In this document: positions 26,202 through 39,405 of the stretch, piece after piece
Layout of the letters: each line of letters starts with the position of its first letter
How positions within the stretch are numbered: the stretch's first letter is position 1
Source: Epiperipatus broadwayi
Taxonomy: Eukaryota; Animalia; Onychophora
Direction of reading: 5' to 3'
DNA: 64,000 nucleotides
Assembly (NCBI GenBank): GCA_028023455.1
Contig: JAQFVV010000010.1
Coordinates: forward strand, 2,790,001-2,854,000
Program-made: the position numbers and the translations under genes
Notes under the pieces: generated by a model
Told to the model about the DNA's origin: nothing
Seen by the model: only the letters and a program-made list of their open reading frames with translations
The model's database searches: none

Positions 26202-27589
26202 TTACTTCCAATTCACTTTCCGAACAAATTAATGATAAAACTAATGCCAAGTATTTGAAACTAGAATTAGAAAATCAGCGACTTTTGTCAACTATTGAAA
26301 GTATGAAGGAAGATGCTAATCAAGAAAATATCACCAGAACTTTAGAATTGGAAAAGGAAAATTTACGATTGAGTAAAAAATTGGAACAAATACAAGAAGC
26401 TCATTCCAAAGAGTCTCAAAAAAATGTTGAGTTAGAACATCAAAAAAATGAACTGCTTCGAGAAATTGTAAAATTTAAACAAATTTCTGAAGCTATAAGG
26501 GAAAGTAATGACCGTCAGTTAAAAGAGCATGAACGAGAGAAACAGCAATTGTCACAAACAATTGAAATTTTACGGGAGAGGAATCAAAAAACGCAGGATG
26601 CTAGATTCAAAGATATTGAAAGTGAAAATAAAAAATTGACTGAAAATATGCAAGAATTAAATGGGAAATTATCAGCATTTGAGTTTGATAAAAAACAGAT
26701 GCAGAAATCCTTAACTAAATTAAAAGAATCAGAAGAACGGGTAACTACTTTAGAACAAGAAAAATATGAATTGGAAAGAGAAAATTTAGATCTTCATAAA
26801 ACTATTGCAGCCTTTAAATTAACGTGTGATAATTATGAAAAATTAGAACAAGAACATGCAGAATTAGAAGTTCAGTATAATAAACTCTCCCGGACAGTTG
26901 AAAGTATGAAAGCAAATTGTGAACAGTTAGATAAATTAGAACAAGAAAATATTAGTTTAAATGTTCAGAATCAGAAATTAAATAAAACCATAGAAACACT
27001 TCGTAATTCATCTGCTCGTTATCTTAATATAGAACAAGAAAAAGAAGAATTAGAAAAACAAATACATGTTCTTCGCAAAAATATAAATTGCTTACAAATG
27101 GAAAGGGAACGTTATGAACAATTAGAAATTGACCTAATAGATCTTGATAATGAGAATCAAAAACTTCAGCGATCATTAGAAATCACTGCAAAAAAGTTAA
27201 GCCAATTAGAACAAGAGAATCAGGAATTAGAAATAGAAAACCAAAAACTCCAGAAAACAATTGAGACATTAAAATTATCTCTAAGGAAACTTAATGAATT
27301 AGAAAAAGAAAACCAAATTTTAGAAGCTGAAAATAGCAAACTTGATAAAGAAAATAAATCTTTTGAAAAAGAAAATAACCGATTAAAACAGTTTCTAGAG
27401 GTCAAAGACTCGACTATTGATGAATGTAATATCAAAATTTCAGCATTAGAAAAAGATAATAAAAGGCTTGAAAAGTCATTTGAAAAAACTACAGACATGA
27501 ATACTAAGCTTCGGGAATTAGAGATGGAAAATAGAGAATTACTTCAGCAAGCATCAATGGATAAAAAAACATTAGCAGCACTTAGAGAG
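26202..27589 (+). CDS. Girdin: Girdin coding exon 7 in window (large coiled-coil exon)
   Basis: 1388 nt within the ORF-track ORF 26006..27610. Heptad coiled coil with KYLKLELENQRL, ARFKDIESENKKL and ...MDKKTLAALRE. Ends at a GAG/GCAAGT (GC) donor. Confidence 0.95.
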
Positions 27590-27895
27590 GCAAGTATTTT
27601 TTTTTTTTAAATTATATGAACTTTCAACTATATTTGTATAATGTGAATTTATGCATGCATTTGTGAAATTGATGCAGAATCAATTGTTTTATAATGATAT
27701 TTCAATTTTTTGCAAAAATTGGTGACAGGATTTAAATGCTCCTTCTACATTCGTTATTAGTTATAAATATTGCTAATTAGTATTTTGAACACAAAAAGCA
27801 ATGATTTTATCAAGTTTTCATAAGTTTATAAGTATCTACATTCTATCACATGGTTACTTATATTTGTTTTAAGTATTAAGAGCAGGTAGTTATAG

Positions 27896-28566
27896 CTTAT
27901 TCCCAATGTGGCCACTTGATGGTGTTGTTTCTCTGCAAAAGCACAGAAATATGCTGTTTACGCAGTCCAACTGCTTTGCATCACTATGGAAATAGTGCAC
28001 ACTTCACAGATCGCTACTGTAGGATGTGAGGGTGTAATGGAATTCAACTGGCCATAAGTGTTTTTATGTGCATTCGAAGTAATGATCTTACACCTTACCT
28101 GATGTACTATTACATCCTAATAATTGTAAGCCCATCACTGCGTTTCCCTACATATCTTGGAAGGTGAAAACAATTGCAAAAAGTTATATCCCAGAACCAT
28201 TTCACATAAGTCACGCGAAAAGGCATGTTTGCGGGAGAACAGCTATGAGAGTAATGAAATGGCTGTCATTGTACGTTGTTTTGGAAATCATAATCTTGAT
28301 TTGCTCAGAGTAGTGCATGTATTGGCTTATCCTTTGGATCAGCAAAACCATTGGACCCCCCCCCTCTCGCATACTAGCACTACGCGCTGAAATGTATAAT
28401 GTAATTAAAAAATATAATTTAGAAAATAATGTTGGTTCGTAAATTTTTTAAAAATACTTTGAAAAATTGTTGGAGAACAGAAAGCAAATAATTATCTGCC
28501 CGGTAACGTTACATTTCATTATTTTTGCAAGCAATAATGCAATCAAGCAGCCACATTGGGTGTAAG
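27896..28566. mobile_element. Unclassified TIR element (MITE-like, ~670 bp)
   Basis: CTTATTCCCAATGTGGCCACTTGAT versus (rc) CTTACACCCAATGTGGCTGCTTGAT. TSD unclear. Confidence 0.6.
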
Positions 28567-29669
28567 TCACAACAACCAAGAGGATAAACATTATAAATCA
28601 TAGTATTGCATTTTCATTGCAACCTTCATGATGTAATGGTAATGTATTTGTCTACCATGCCTATGAATCAGATTTGAATCTAGGCTAAGCAAAACATTTT
28701 TTTTTTCAGATTTTGTTAAGTGTACAATTTTTTTCTCATAGCGAGTCTATTTAACCATCCAATATTAGTCAGTTATTGGGTGTCTAACTGCTGTTAATTA
28801 GAAAATAAAAAGGGATGAAAAACAACTTTCATAATCTAGCCAATGGCAAACTTCTTTACTATTTCTCTGAGGGACTGTTGGATAAGTCTTTGTTTTCAAT
28901 GGACTATTTAAAATCTGATTAACTTTTATATCTTTTGTAAATTTGTAAGAGTTTTATGATATAATGATGAGCATGTTCGGAATCTGCTAGAATTAATCAT
29001 TTTTTCAGTTTAATAATTTCTATCATGTTTGCTAATCTAGTTAGTAAATTACGGATTGAAAAAATGTTAAGCAAGGAAGGGGAAACTTATTAACTAGCAG
29101 TTAAGCATCATAAAGAAAAGTCTTTCCTATTAGTTTTTTTTTTTTTAAGAGCTGCTAAAAAAGCCATTGCTTGCATTAGTTGATACGAAGTTGTTTACTT
29201 TTGCTTTTACTGTAAAATTATGTAATATTTTTTATTCCTTTTTTTTTTGTAAAAATGTTTTAGAATGTTTTTTTTTTAAAAAAAAGATTAACAAAGTAAA
29301 CATATGAAAACAAATGAAGAATTAATTTTACATATTGTCCTCATTACTAAAATACTTTTATCATGATTTGCCATTAATTTATCAGTAGTCTTTATTGTTC
29401 ACAGCTAACTGTATCCAGAAAAACATCACAAATATTGTAATTGGAAATAACAAAGGCCAAGTTTCCATAGGACTAACTATTAATAAGATTTTAATTAGTC
29501 ATAATAAAAATGTAATATTGTATTCACTTTTACATTATTGATAGATTCTGCATACTCATTTATATATTTTTAAATATTTTTAATTTATAATATTTGTATA
29601 CTGAAAAATTAGATAGTAATAAGTTTGCATTTAGTTATTAATAAATATTTTACTTTTAAATGTATTTAG

Positions 29670-30415
29670 AATAGATTTGAACACAGACTTTCAATTCCCT
29701 TCAGCTATCCACTCCATCTTTATATAATCAATACCAGACATCTCGATTTTTCGAGATTTGTTCCTATTTTTGATTAGATGTCTCAGTGTTCCCGAAATGT
29801 CTTTTTGGGACCATTGTGTGTCCTGATTTTCAAATACTTATAATTATTATTTGTCTTATATAAATAATTCATTGCGAAAATGATAGTTTCTAGGTCCTTT
29901 CTTTCCATTTCAGTCTACAGTAATATTGTAAGAAATTCAGACAAATTCCAACACCAAAACAAAGATCACTATTACATTATATGGCTGGGTTCTCCGGCTA
30001 GATGCATTCTCATATCCAACCTTGCCTTGGAGTATGCACAGTTGGATTTTTGTAGGCCAAAATTTGAATTGCGCTTTCACCTACTTTGATTGACAGTGTA
30101 GTTTTACCAGTTCATTGTTGGTATTATTTTTTTATAATGATAAAATTAATAGGAATATCAATAATCCTAAACAATAGACAACATGCCAAAAAGGAAATGT
30201 AGTTACAACAATGAATATTTACAGAAATAGAGTTTTATAAAAAAAAAAAAGGAAGCAATGCTGTAAAAATGATTGGTCGTTATGTCCCAATTTTTGATCA
30301 AACCAGTCTGATCACCCTACATACACATGATCACATACATGTGAAAAAGATAAATGATTTTTAATATCTGCATTTTGTGCTGAATCAGCACTCATCAGTT
30401 GGTCCAGATCATTCA
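29670..30415 (-). mobile_element. Hammerhead-bearing 468-nt repeat (retrozyme-like), copy R1, split by a hAT insertion
   Basis: 29670-29725 matches the B-box/A-box segment of the family. 30320-30415 matches the CACATG hairpin and hammerhead segment (rc CTGATGA GTGCTG ATT CAGCAC AAAA). Confidence 0.7.
29725..30319 (+). mobile_element. Non-autonomous hAT-like element nested in R1
   Basis: Right end rc is TAGGGTGATCAGAC. The decayed left end reads accagacatctcgatttttcgagatttg. An internal MPKRKCSYNNEYLQK*SFIKK resembles a transposase N-terminus. Confidence 0.6.
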
Positions 30416-31492
30416 CTGAATGGAATTGCTGTCGAATAGTTTATCATGTGATTATTAAAAGAAAACATCTTGATAAGATTCCTATAAGGAATGAAAACTA
30501 TTTATTTTTAAGTTGTTTAGTATCAATTTTGTTCAATATTGATTATGATTAATAATATTTTTAAGTTTTATAATGAAGTCCAACATAATGGATAATTTTT
30601 AAGCTTACAATTTGACCATCTGTAATAAAATATGAGATTACATTTACAAAAATCCAATAGAACTGCACATTAAAGAAATTAAAAATAACACAATGAGTGT
30701 TAAAACATTTTTTTAAATTTTAAATGAATAAGATTCCAATTAGTTTAAATAAAATATTCTAATGGCATTCATTATTCAAAGCAATTATTTATAATATATC
30801 ACTCATTTTGTGATTTAAAGCGAACTTATTTTTTTAATTTTTTTTAAAAAATTACTTAATGCAGTATTAAGTGAACATTGATAAAACAAATAAAATATTA
30901 TAAATTATTTGAAAAACAAATTCAAATGATTTTATTTTTTACATTTAAAGCCTGACAGCATTGCTTTATATGTTAATAATTATAGATTCTTTATGCATCT
31001 CATCTGATGAGTCTGTATACAAAGAATGTAACAACATTATTGTTTTATATGGCGTAATGTTTTTAGATTTTTTTATGCATAAATTTAACTGATAAACCTG
31101 TGCATAAAGACTCTGTGCTTTTTGATTTTATGATTTATATGTTGTAACGGAATATAATATGCCGTCACATTATTTTAAAATTAAAATAAAAGATCATAAA
31201 TAAAAATTGATTTATTAAAAAGAAAAAAACTTAACTTAAAAACTGAAATTTAAAAACTGTTTAACGTATATATAGATCGCATGATGGACAACTTTAAAAA
31301 CTATTTTAAAAAATAAAAATATTTGAAAGTAATTTTTTTTTGTAAAAAAAGTAAAGATATAAAGATTTGATATTTTTGGAAATAGAAATAATGTTGATTT
31401 CTATAATCTTAGAAAATGGAAATGATTGTCTTATTAATTAAATGATTGTTCAAAAGCAAACTGGCCCTTGAGGCATTTAAAATAAATTAAAG

Positions 31493-32002
31493 GGTCAGAT
31501 AAGAGAGTACAAAGAAATTAAATGACCAATGCAAACACCAGAAATGTCAGCACGGACCGTAATTGAAACACCAGAGGATTAGTGACGTCTTGCCGGTTGA
31601 ATCCAAAGATTGGATGATAAGAGACTAATAAAAATATAAAAGCAAAATTATTATTATAATTGTTATCTGAGAGCTGACTATGAATATGTCGTTATAACTA
31701 GCTATATTGCAGATTTTCACGATGTGGAAGTCTGCAATAAATTTAATTTTCTGGACAACCAGCTGAGACTTCCCTATGACAGTTAGGGACCAAAAAGGAA
31801 TGGCAAGTAGCGGCTTCGTTTTTAAAAAGGAAGAACAAACAATCTACATAAGTGATCACGAAGATGGACCTCAAAATCTGCAGAATCCGTAAAGTATAAA
31901 CTTTTACCAATTGAACTTTCTTTTAAATAATTACCGTATAACGTCAATAAGTAATCAATCCAAAAAAAAAAGTAATATAAATGAATGTACTCTTATCTGA
32001 CC
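31493..32002. mobile_element. Unclassified TIR element (~510 bp)
   Basis: GGTCAGATAAGAGAGTACA at the left end and TGTACTCTTATCTGACC at the right end. Confidence 0.55.
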
Positions 32003-34769
32003 AAGAATAGAACTCTAAATCAATTATAAATATTTGTTTTTATATACGTTTGCTATTTCAATCATTTCCATTTTTTTTAAATTTAATTATTTATGTTTGT
32101 ATTTAACTAGGTTATTTATTTCTATCTGTTAAATAAAATGTATTAAATTAAAGTTGGGTGTAGATAGCTGCATGGATAAAGATTAATAACTGTTTAAATT
32201 CGTTTATGTTTAATTTAAGGGATTTTAATTTCAGGCTATTTGTTTCGTAGTTAGGGCAATGTTGGTGGAGGGATATATGGGTGTTTATATTAATGTAATG
32301 TGAAGCGTGTTTAGCATACAGGGCAATGTGCCCAACTGAATGCATGACCCCAAAGAGGCAGTCATATCGTTGAAATGGTCGCAGATGTATTTCCTGCACC
32401 ATTGACCCCTTCTAGCTCTATGGACAGGGATTTATAAGACGGCAGAAAGACCGCTCTCCCCCATACGTAGCACTCTTTAAAAATAATTATATACATGATT
32501 CCTTAGTCAGGCAGATGCACTTTCCTGTTCTGGACATGGATCATTTCCTTCAAATAATATCACGCTGTCAGATGCACATTCCTGTCGGCGTGGTTTTATG
32601 CTAGCATCTTCATATTACATTAGTTGCAAATATATATCTGGAAGCTGACATTGGGTTGGCTACGAACTTTTAGTCTGAGATTGAATGAATGTTTTGATAA
32701 GTTTTTAAGTGGAAAAAAAATCTATGTAGACTATCTATGCTCGACATGCTAAAGTAAAATATAATTTAAATATCCATCTGTGCGGTCTATTTAAAATAGT
32801 AATTTAAATTTTAAAAAAATTAATGTTAAAATCTAAAAATAAATTTATTCCTCAATTTTAAATGTGCGTTAATAAAATCTATTTGTGTGTTAATTACTGG
32901 CAGTGGCTTCTTTTATTTTATTGTTTTAAATATTAATATATTTTGAGAATCCAAATCTATTAAAACTTATAAAAATGTTTAAATCTCTGCTACTCTATGA
33001 GCTAGTGACCTTGGGCAAACGGTCAGAATAATATATATAAGAAAATTTTTTGAATCTTAACTTACTTATCTGCCTCTATATAAATTTTTCTATGTTCAAA
33101 TGCCTAGATGGCGCCCGTGTGGTGCGGATACGTTAAAGGCTCTTTTCATTGACCGTTAAAATATATATAAGTAAAGAAATAGCTTGCTATTGCTTTGGTT
33201 TTTTGATGGGGTTATTGTCATTAAGCATCCATATTCACAATTATTCTATATCATTCACCTTCAACCCTAGTATGGATAGTATTATTTTCTCTACCATTAT
33301 ATGTCATTAGTCTGGATTTTTTTGCATTTATGAAGATAAAAGGATTAACATAGGAAATCTTAAATGAGATTTTGTAAAAAATATGAGTTCTTAATTGTAT
33401 AATATCAGATGGAGAAGGAGGTTCAGAATTCTTTTAATTATTTGACATTGAACTTGCTAAGATCTAAGTAATGAGTTCATATATAATAATACATCTTATT
33501 AAACACTATCACCCACATGATCAGCAATGCCCAATGCAGTGTTTAGCTTAACAGATCCTGAAGTAAAGGTTCTTAGATTGAAGCTAACTTTTATTTTAGG
33601 GCTTGACTATAACATGAGCTTTCAAGCAATAGTCATTCAGTAATTTTTAATACTTATCAATGAAAAGATTTGAAATATAAGCTTCTAAGTTAAGCAGTAA
33701 CATTTATTGAAATATAATACATTGAGGTAATCAGTTAATAGCTTTGCTCTATTACTTATGTAATAAAAATCCGTTTTGGGCTGTTAACTTCATTCATTTT
33801 ACAATTAAATGATACACTGTTATGTTTCTTTAAAATATAGGTATTTGTTTATTATTGCAATTTCAATCGGATACTCTTACAAAAAATTTTGATTTTTAAG
33901 TCATTACTGTAATAATATTTTTTAAAAATTTTATTTTAAAAACTTAATAAAAGGCTGAAAGCTAAAAATTTGTGATATATTTTAAACATTGTTCACTGTT
34001 TTTTTAATATTTTTCTTAAGTTATTACATTATTTTTAATTTTTCGTTACATTTAACCAGTTTGAATCTAAAATTATTCAATTTTTAGAAGCAGAATTGAA
34101 ACAATTGGATGTATTTTAAATTAATATTTTATCAATAGAAACTGACTGGAAATGAAACTGATGAATATATAGTTCTCAGATTTAAGTAATGGACCAATAC
34201 AAAAGATAGACAAAGGTTTTAAAAATTGATGTTGACATCAAAAAGGTTAAGGTTGTAGGTAGTTTTTAGTGTCTAAATTGAGATAGATCTGATATTCATG
34301 CTGCATTGTGTATTTATAGTCCAGTGGTTGGATTCTTTATCTCAGGATTGCAGGTCATTATTCATTCTTTTGCTGACAGATGCTAATCAGATCTCTGTTA
34401 AAAAAGTTTTGAGTAAATGATATGTTTTATGAACATTTTATTTATGCAGATATACTTGAAATAAAAATACTGTATTACTTCATATATAAGCTGCCTTCAA
34501 TAATTAAATAGGAAACTAATTTAAATACAATAAACTCTTCTAATTTATTGTGAATCTTCTTCAGATATACATTACTTTCACTTTCAGAACTTGAATTCTC
34601 AACTTCATTATTCCATCAGGTACATCATCTTCAGGCCATTTAAATTGTAGCTGAATGTTATAATTTGTCAATTTGCTTTCACGTAGAAGTATATTTTTCT
34701 ACTAAAATCTGAATCATTCTTCTAAAATAATTTATCTTTTTAAAGATATTTTCTGAAAAAAATGTAAAA

Positions 34770-35290
34770 TATATATATAAAAGATTCTATAACATTCGTT
34801 TTTCACTTTAAAAATTAAAAGGAATCCTTGTGATGAGAACAACAATCAACCAATCAGCACCTTGCAAGGCAGGCTTTTATCTTATTGTTATATTGATTTG
34901 TTAGTTGTAAAAACTATTCTAAAGATTGTTTGATAAAATTTTCTTGATAAAATAATGGTAAAATTAGCAAAATAGCATTAAAAGATTCTAAAATATTCGT
35001 TTTCACTTTAAAAATCAAAATCAAAATATCACAATTGTCAAACATCGGCAAAATAATGTTAAAAGATTCTAAAACATTTGTATTCACTTCAAAAATCAAA
35101 AAGAAGCTATCGAAGCTGTAAAAATTTTGACAGGCACCCCCTTGTGTAGAGAACAATAATCAACCAATCAGTGCCTTGGAAGGCAGCTCTTATGTCATTG
35201 TTATATTAATTTGTTAGTTGTAAAACCATTCTAAAGGTTATTCTGTAAACTCTTCTTGATAAAATCCCTGAAAAATTTCCAAAATAGCAT
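34770..35290. repeat. Diverged tandem duplication (~330-bp unit) with three copies of a ~35-bp subrepeat
   Basis: aaagattctaaaacattcgttttcactttaaaaat occurs three times. gagaacaa(c/t)aatcaaccaatcag...ttgttatatt(g/a)atttgttagttgtaaaa occurs twice. Confidence 0.75.
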
Positions 35291-35574
35291 TATAAGTAGT
35301 GATTTGAAAGAGAGTTTAAGCCATTTATTAAATTAATCCAAAAAATATTGATTGAAAAAGAATTAACATGCTATTCTACATAGGAAATGTTTGTAATACT
35401 ATGTCATATGTAGCATAAAACAAAGATCCACAGGAATAAATGTTAAATTTTTTCACTTCAAATTTAAGTTGCACCCCTCTTTTAGAGGTCCAAAATTTGG
35501 AAAAAAAGTTTGGCTTATATTCAAAGTAATACTTTAAATAATGATAAAAATAATGGTGAATATGTAATTTAGTC

Positions 35575-37400
35575 ACCCATGCAAGGACAGGAAAGTATTG
35601 GAGAACAAAGCAATAGGGAAAAAGAATAAATTAAAAAAGTAAAGTCAGGTATTGAGACAATCACATTTAATGAAAGGCAGATTAGAGATAATAATAATAA
35701 TAATAGTAATAATAAGTAATAGTGAATGTTGCATGGAAGGAGGAAGGGATGTGAGCATATTCTATAAGATAGTATTAAAATATTTATATACATTTGTTTG
35801 TTATAAAAAGAATTTGAGACCATTTTCTTTAACATTGAAAGTGATCAGGTGTACACCAATATGTTGACAAGAGCAAAATTGGAGAAAAGGGAGAAAGAAT
35901 GTGATCATGAAAAAGCTCAGCAACCAACTGAAGAAACCCAGAGAATGGAGGAGATGACCATGTCCAATCAGTTTTTGCAAATGCCAATGAGAATGGAGGA
36001 AAATAGTCAGGGAGCATATGAAAGGCAGCTAAGAAAAGTAGATGAAATTTATCAAAGAACAGAACAAAGACTGCAAAACAATAGCAGAAAGCAATCAACA
36101 AAATCAAGACCGTCAAATGTGTGTTCATGAAGATAACTATAATGTAAGCCAAATATTAGAGCAGAAGAATGAAGAGCAAAACAAGAAAATAGAAAACAGT
36201 CAAGTGATGTTAGATAAAATGGAAAAAATTAAGCAGAAATGAGGAGAAAATAATCAAAAAATGATTATGAAAATATATGAAGATAAGAAAGAGCAGAATG
36301 AGAAGTAGAAAATAATGAAAAGATGCTAATTAAGATTGAGTAAATTAATCAGAAAAAAGAAAAAGACAATCCAAAAAGGAACTAAGGTATTCACTAAGTT
36401 AATGATAATATAAGCCAAATAATTAAGGTAAATAGAATAAATATTGATGTTACTGGTAACAAATAAATATGGCATGGATGCTGAAGTCATTAGTAATGAT
36501 AATAATGATGTCTATATCTCTGTTCTGGGTGATCAATTGGATGAAAACACAAATAAAGAAAAATGTGATAAACAAAAAGAGAAGATTGGTATAAAATATA
36601 ATGATGAAAAGAATTAAATGGATTCTTCCAAGAAATAAATGTTAATGTAGAGGGAAAAAATTATATAAATGAAGACAAAAAAATAATGTACCAAAACAAT
36701 TGGAAAAAAAATATTGAAAATGAACAAAAGTACATGGAAATAATGAATCAAATTAATGAAGGATGGAAAGAACAAAAGGACAAGACAGAAAATTAAAAGA
36801 AGATATAATGGAAAAGTACAGGATTAAGTATCACAAGATATATACAAAGTAGATACCAGAGAGACCTATAGTCAGTTTTTACAAGGCCAGTTATTTCAGA
36901 TGAAAATATTGCCAGCTGATGCTTTGTTAAATGGTCCAATAATAAAAATGATCAGATATAATTAATCATAATTATGTATATTGGCAAAAGAAGTATTGAG
37001 CAGATAATAGAAGTGTTTAGGCAACAAACTCATAAAAGATTAGGAAGCGAAAATTTTGGCTCTTCCAATTTTCATAGTAAAAGATTATCAAAAATGAGAG
37101 ATAAAATTAATCTAAAGAATAATACTGTTAAAAGAAATCATAAGCAGGATGAGAAGAAATGTTAATAGTAGTTCAGAGTATAGAGTCAATCTTAATTGAT
37201 CACTACCACTCTATAACAACCCAATTCAAATGAAGATCACCAATTATGCATGGATTAGAATACTTATCCAAATATCCCTGTAACCTTATACAGCACCAGT
37301 AATAAAGTGACCATTAGCATATAAAGTTAAAATAATGAGAAATGTAATGTACGTTCCCATTTCATTTTCTCATTATTTTAAGGGATGTGTATTGTAATAT
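35575..37400 (+). mobile_element. Very decayed LTR-retrotransposon-like internal region (gag-like coiled coil)
   Basis: PBS-like TAGTCACCCATGCAAGGAC, ORFs 35849..36130 and 36042..36242 (MLTRAKLEK... coiled coil), and an integrase-end-like PLAYKVK with a purine tract near 37380. LTRs not matched. Confidence 0.4.
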
Positions 37401-37837
37401 TATAGACAGAGGCCAGTTTTTTTCCACATCAAATATTACAAGCTTTTTTAAAAAGGTGTTTAATTGTTTATGGGTGATGCAGCTCAGAATTACTATTATT
37501 ATAACTACTTATACTTAATTTTATTCTTTGCTGATTTTCAACTACTTATACTTAATTTATTCTTTGCTGATTTTCATGTTGACCTAGTACTTCTTATATA
37601 TTTGTCCTCTTACATTTATTCAGTCTATAGTTGTTCATTGACTATGATATTTTATTTTATTGACTGGGGATAATGATATTTCCCAGTTTCTCCATAATTA
37701 CCTTTATCTTTCTACATCATTACAATATATATACATTTGTCCAACAGTCTGTATTATCTGAAACTGTATTTACATCTTTTTGCCATGAAAATCTTTGCTT
37801 TAACTTAGATAAATACATATAAATTGTTTTATTGCAG

Positions 37838-37965
37838 GATCTTGTCAAAGAAAAAATTAAAAGTCAGCAATTGAATAATGAACTTGAGAAGTTGACATCT
37901 GAGCTTCAAAAGATAGGATTAAACAAGGATAAAGTTGTGGCTAGCCAACAGCATCAAAATGTAGA
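37838..37965 (+). CDS. Girdin: Girdin coding exon 8 in window
   Basis: ttgcAG acceptor and GTaagt donor. DLVKEKIKSQQLNNELEKLTSELQKIGLNKDKV resembles DLVSEKLKTQQMNNDLEKLTHELEKIGLNKERL. Confidence 0.95.
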
Positions 37966-39165
37966 GTAAGTGTCTTCTTTTACAAACTTAATTAATCATA
38001 TTAGGATTTGATAAATACTATTAACTGTAGTAGTTTTGTATCAAAATGTTTATATGGAATGTAGCAGATTACATTAAGTAGTTTTTCATTTGCTAAATAC
38101 AATTTCTCAAATTTTTCAGAAAACTAAAAGAAAATTTCAGACAAACTGCAGTAGGGGTAGCTCTGATTTTTATTTAACTAGCTGTAGTTTTTAATACAAA
38201 AATAGACAGTCTGATAAAAGATAGTATATTTTTGTTTTCTTGTTGGAATTTTGTCAGTACAAAATTACCCCAGTATGATTAATATCAGGGCATATTTCAA
38301 TGCAACATGTAAATATTGCAACAAAGAATTTGTTTAATTTAAGGTCAACCCAGGAGTTTTTAAATGATAATATATAAATTTATCACTTCTCATTCTAATT
38401 CCTTGAATAACACCTTGGGCTGCTTTGTAGGATCAGCTTTTAGACCTACTGAAAAAAAAAAGAAGATGGGATGGGCATATTATTGCAATTTCTAGTCTGA
38501 ATTTATTCGACTTATTTTAATTTTTTTTTTTTTAATATGAAGGCCTTTCATTGATAATATTACTTTTCAATAATGATTTGCTTACTTATTATGAGTAATT
38601 GTAATATGTCCTAGACTGCATTTGAAGTTTATCTCTTTATCATATTCTTTCTGAGTCATCTTGTATTGGCGAATGAATAAACTTTTAATCATATACGGTT
38701 TTTAAGATGAGTTTATTAATATTTCCCAATAATATTTTGATTTTTTACATATTATTTGTTGTTCATTTAATATTTTTCATATGTTTTCATGGCTATATTA
38801 AGCTTTGCACATTAATTCTACTGTTTTTTGCATTTGATTATTAATTTTACCCATCTCTATAAATATAAATGTTAAAATAAAATTATAAAATAGTAAAATG
38901 AAATAAATGTTACTCTTAGTGTTTTAAAATGAGCTAGAAAATTAGTGTATATGATAATGTGATAAAATTGCTAAAAATACATCTCACCCAGTTAATATTT
39001 TATCTGTTTTCACACAAAAAAGTAATGAAGATGTTATTATTAGTATAAGCATATGTTAAAAATATTTATTTTAAAATTGAATAGTAAAATTATTAAGCAA
39101 AAGTGCTTATTATGATTGTTTAATATTTAGAGAATATTCAAATTATCATACAGAATAAGTTATAT

Positions 39166-39405
39166 ATATATGTAATCTTATAATTGAATATTTATAAATA
39201 CAGTAATTAGATATATGTTGTAACTTTAAAAATTTATCCACTTAGGAATGCTTTCGACTATCCTCATAGTTAGGAGCGCTTTCGATTATCCTCATAGTCT
39301 AGACTACAAGGATAGTTGAAAGTGCTCCTAAGTGGATAAAATTTTTAAAGTTATATATATATAATTACTGTATTTATAAATATTCAATGATAAGATTACA
39401 TATAT
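39166..39405. repeat. Foldback palindrome (~240 bp) containing half-hammerhead motifs
   Basis: Arms are centred on AGTCTAGACT (39296-39305). rc GACTATGAGGATAGTC-GAAA-GCGC-TC-CTA is present as a 28-nt tandem pair on the left arm and once on the right arm. Confidence 0.8.

Noticed and set aside
27220-27498. 92-aa minus-strand ORF
   Set aside because: Antisense shadow of the coiled-coil exon; S/L/F-rich composition is expected from the reverse complement of E/K/N codons.
31004-31035. CTGATGAGTCTGTATAC hammerhead-like start
   Set aside because: No intact GAAA, helix III or helix I partner; at most a very decayed remnant.
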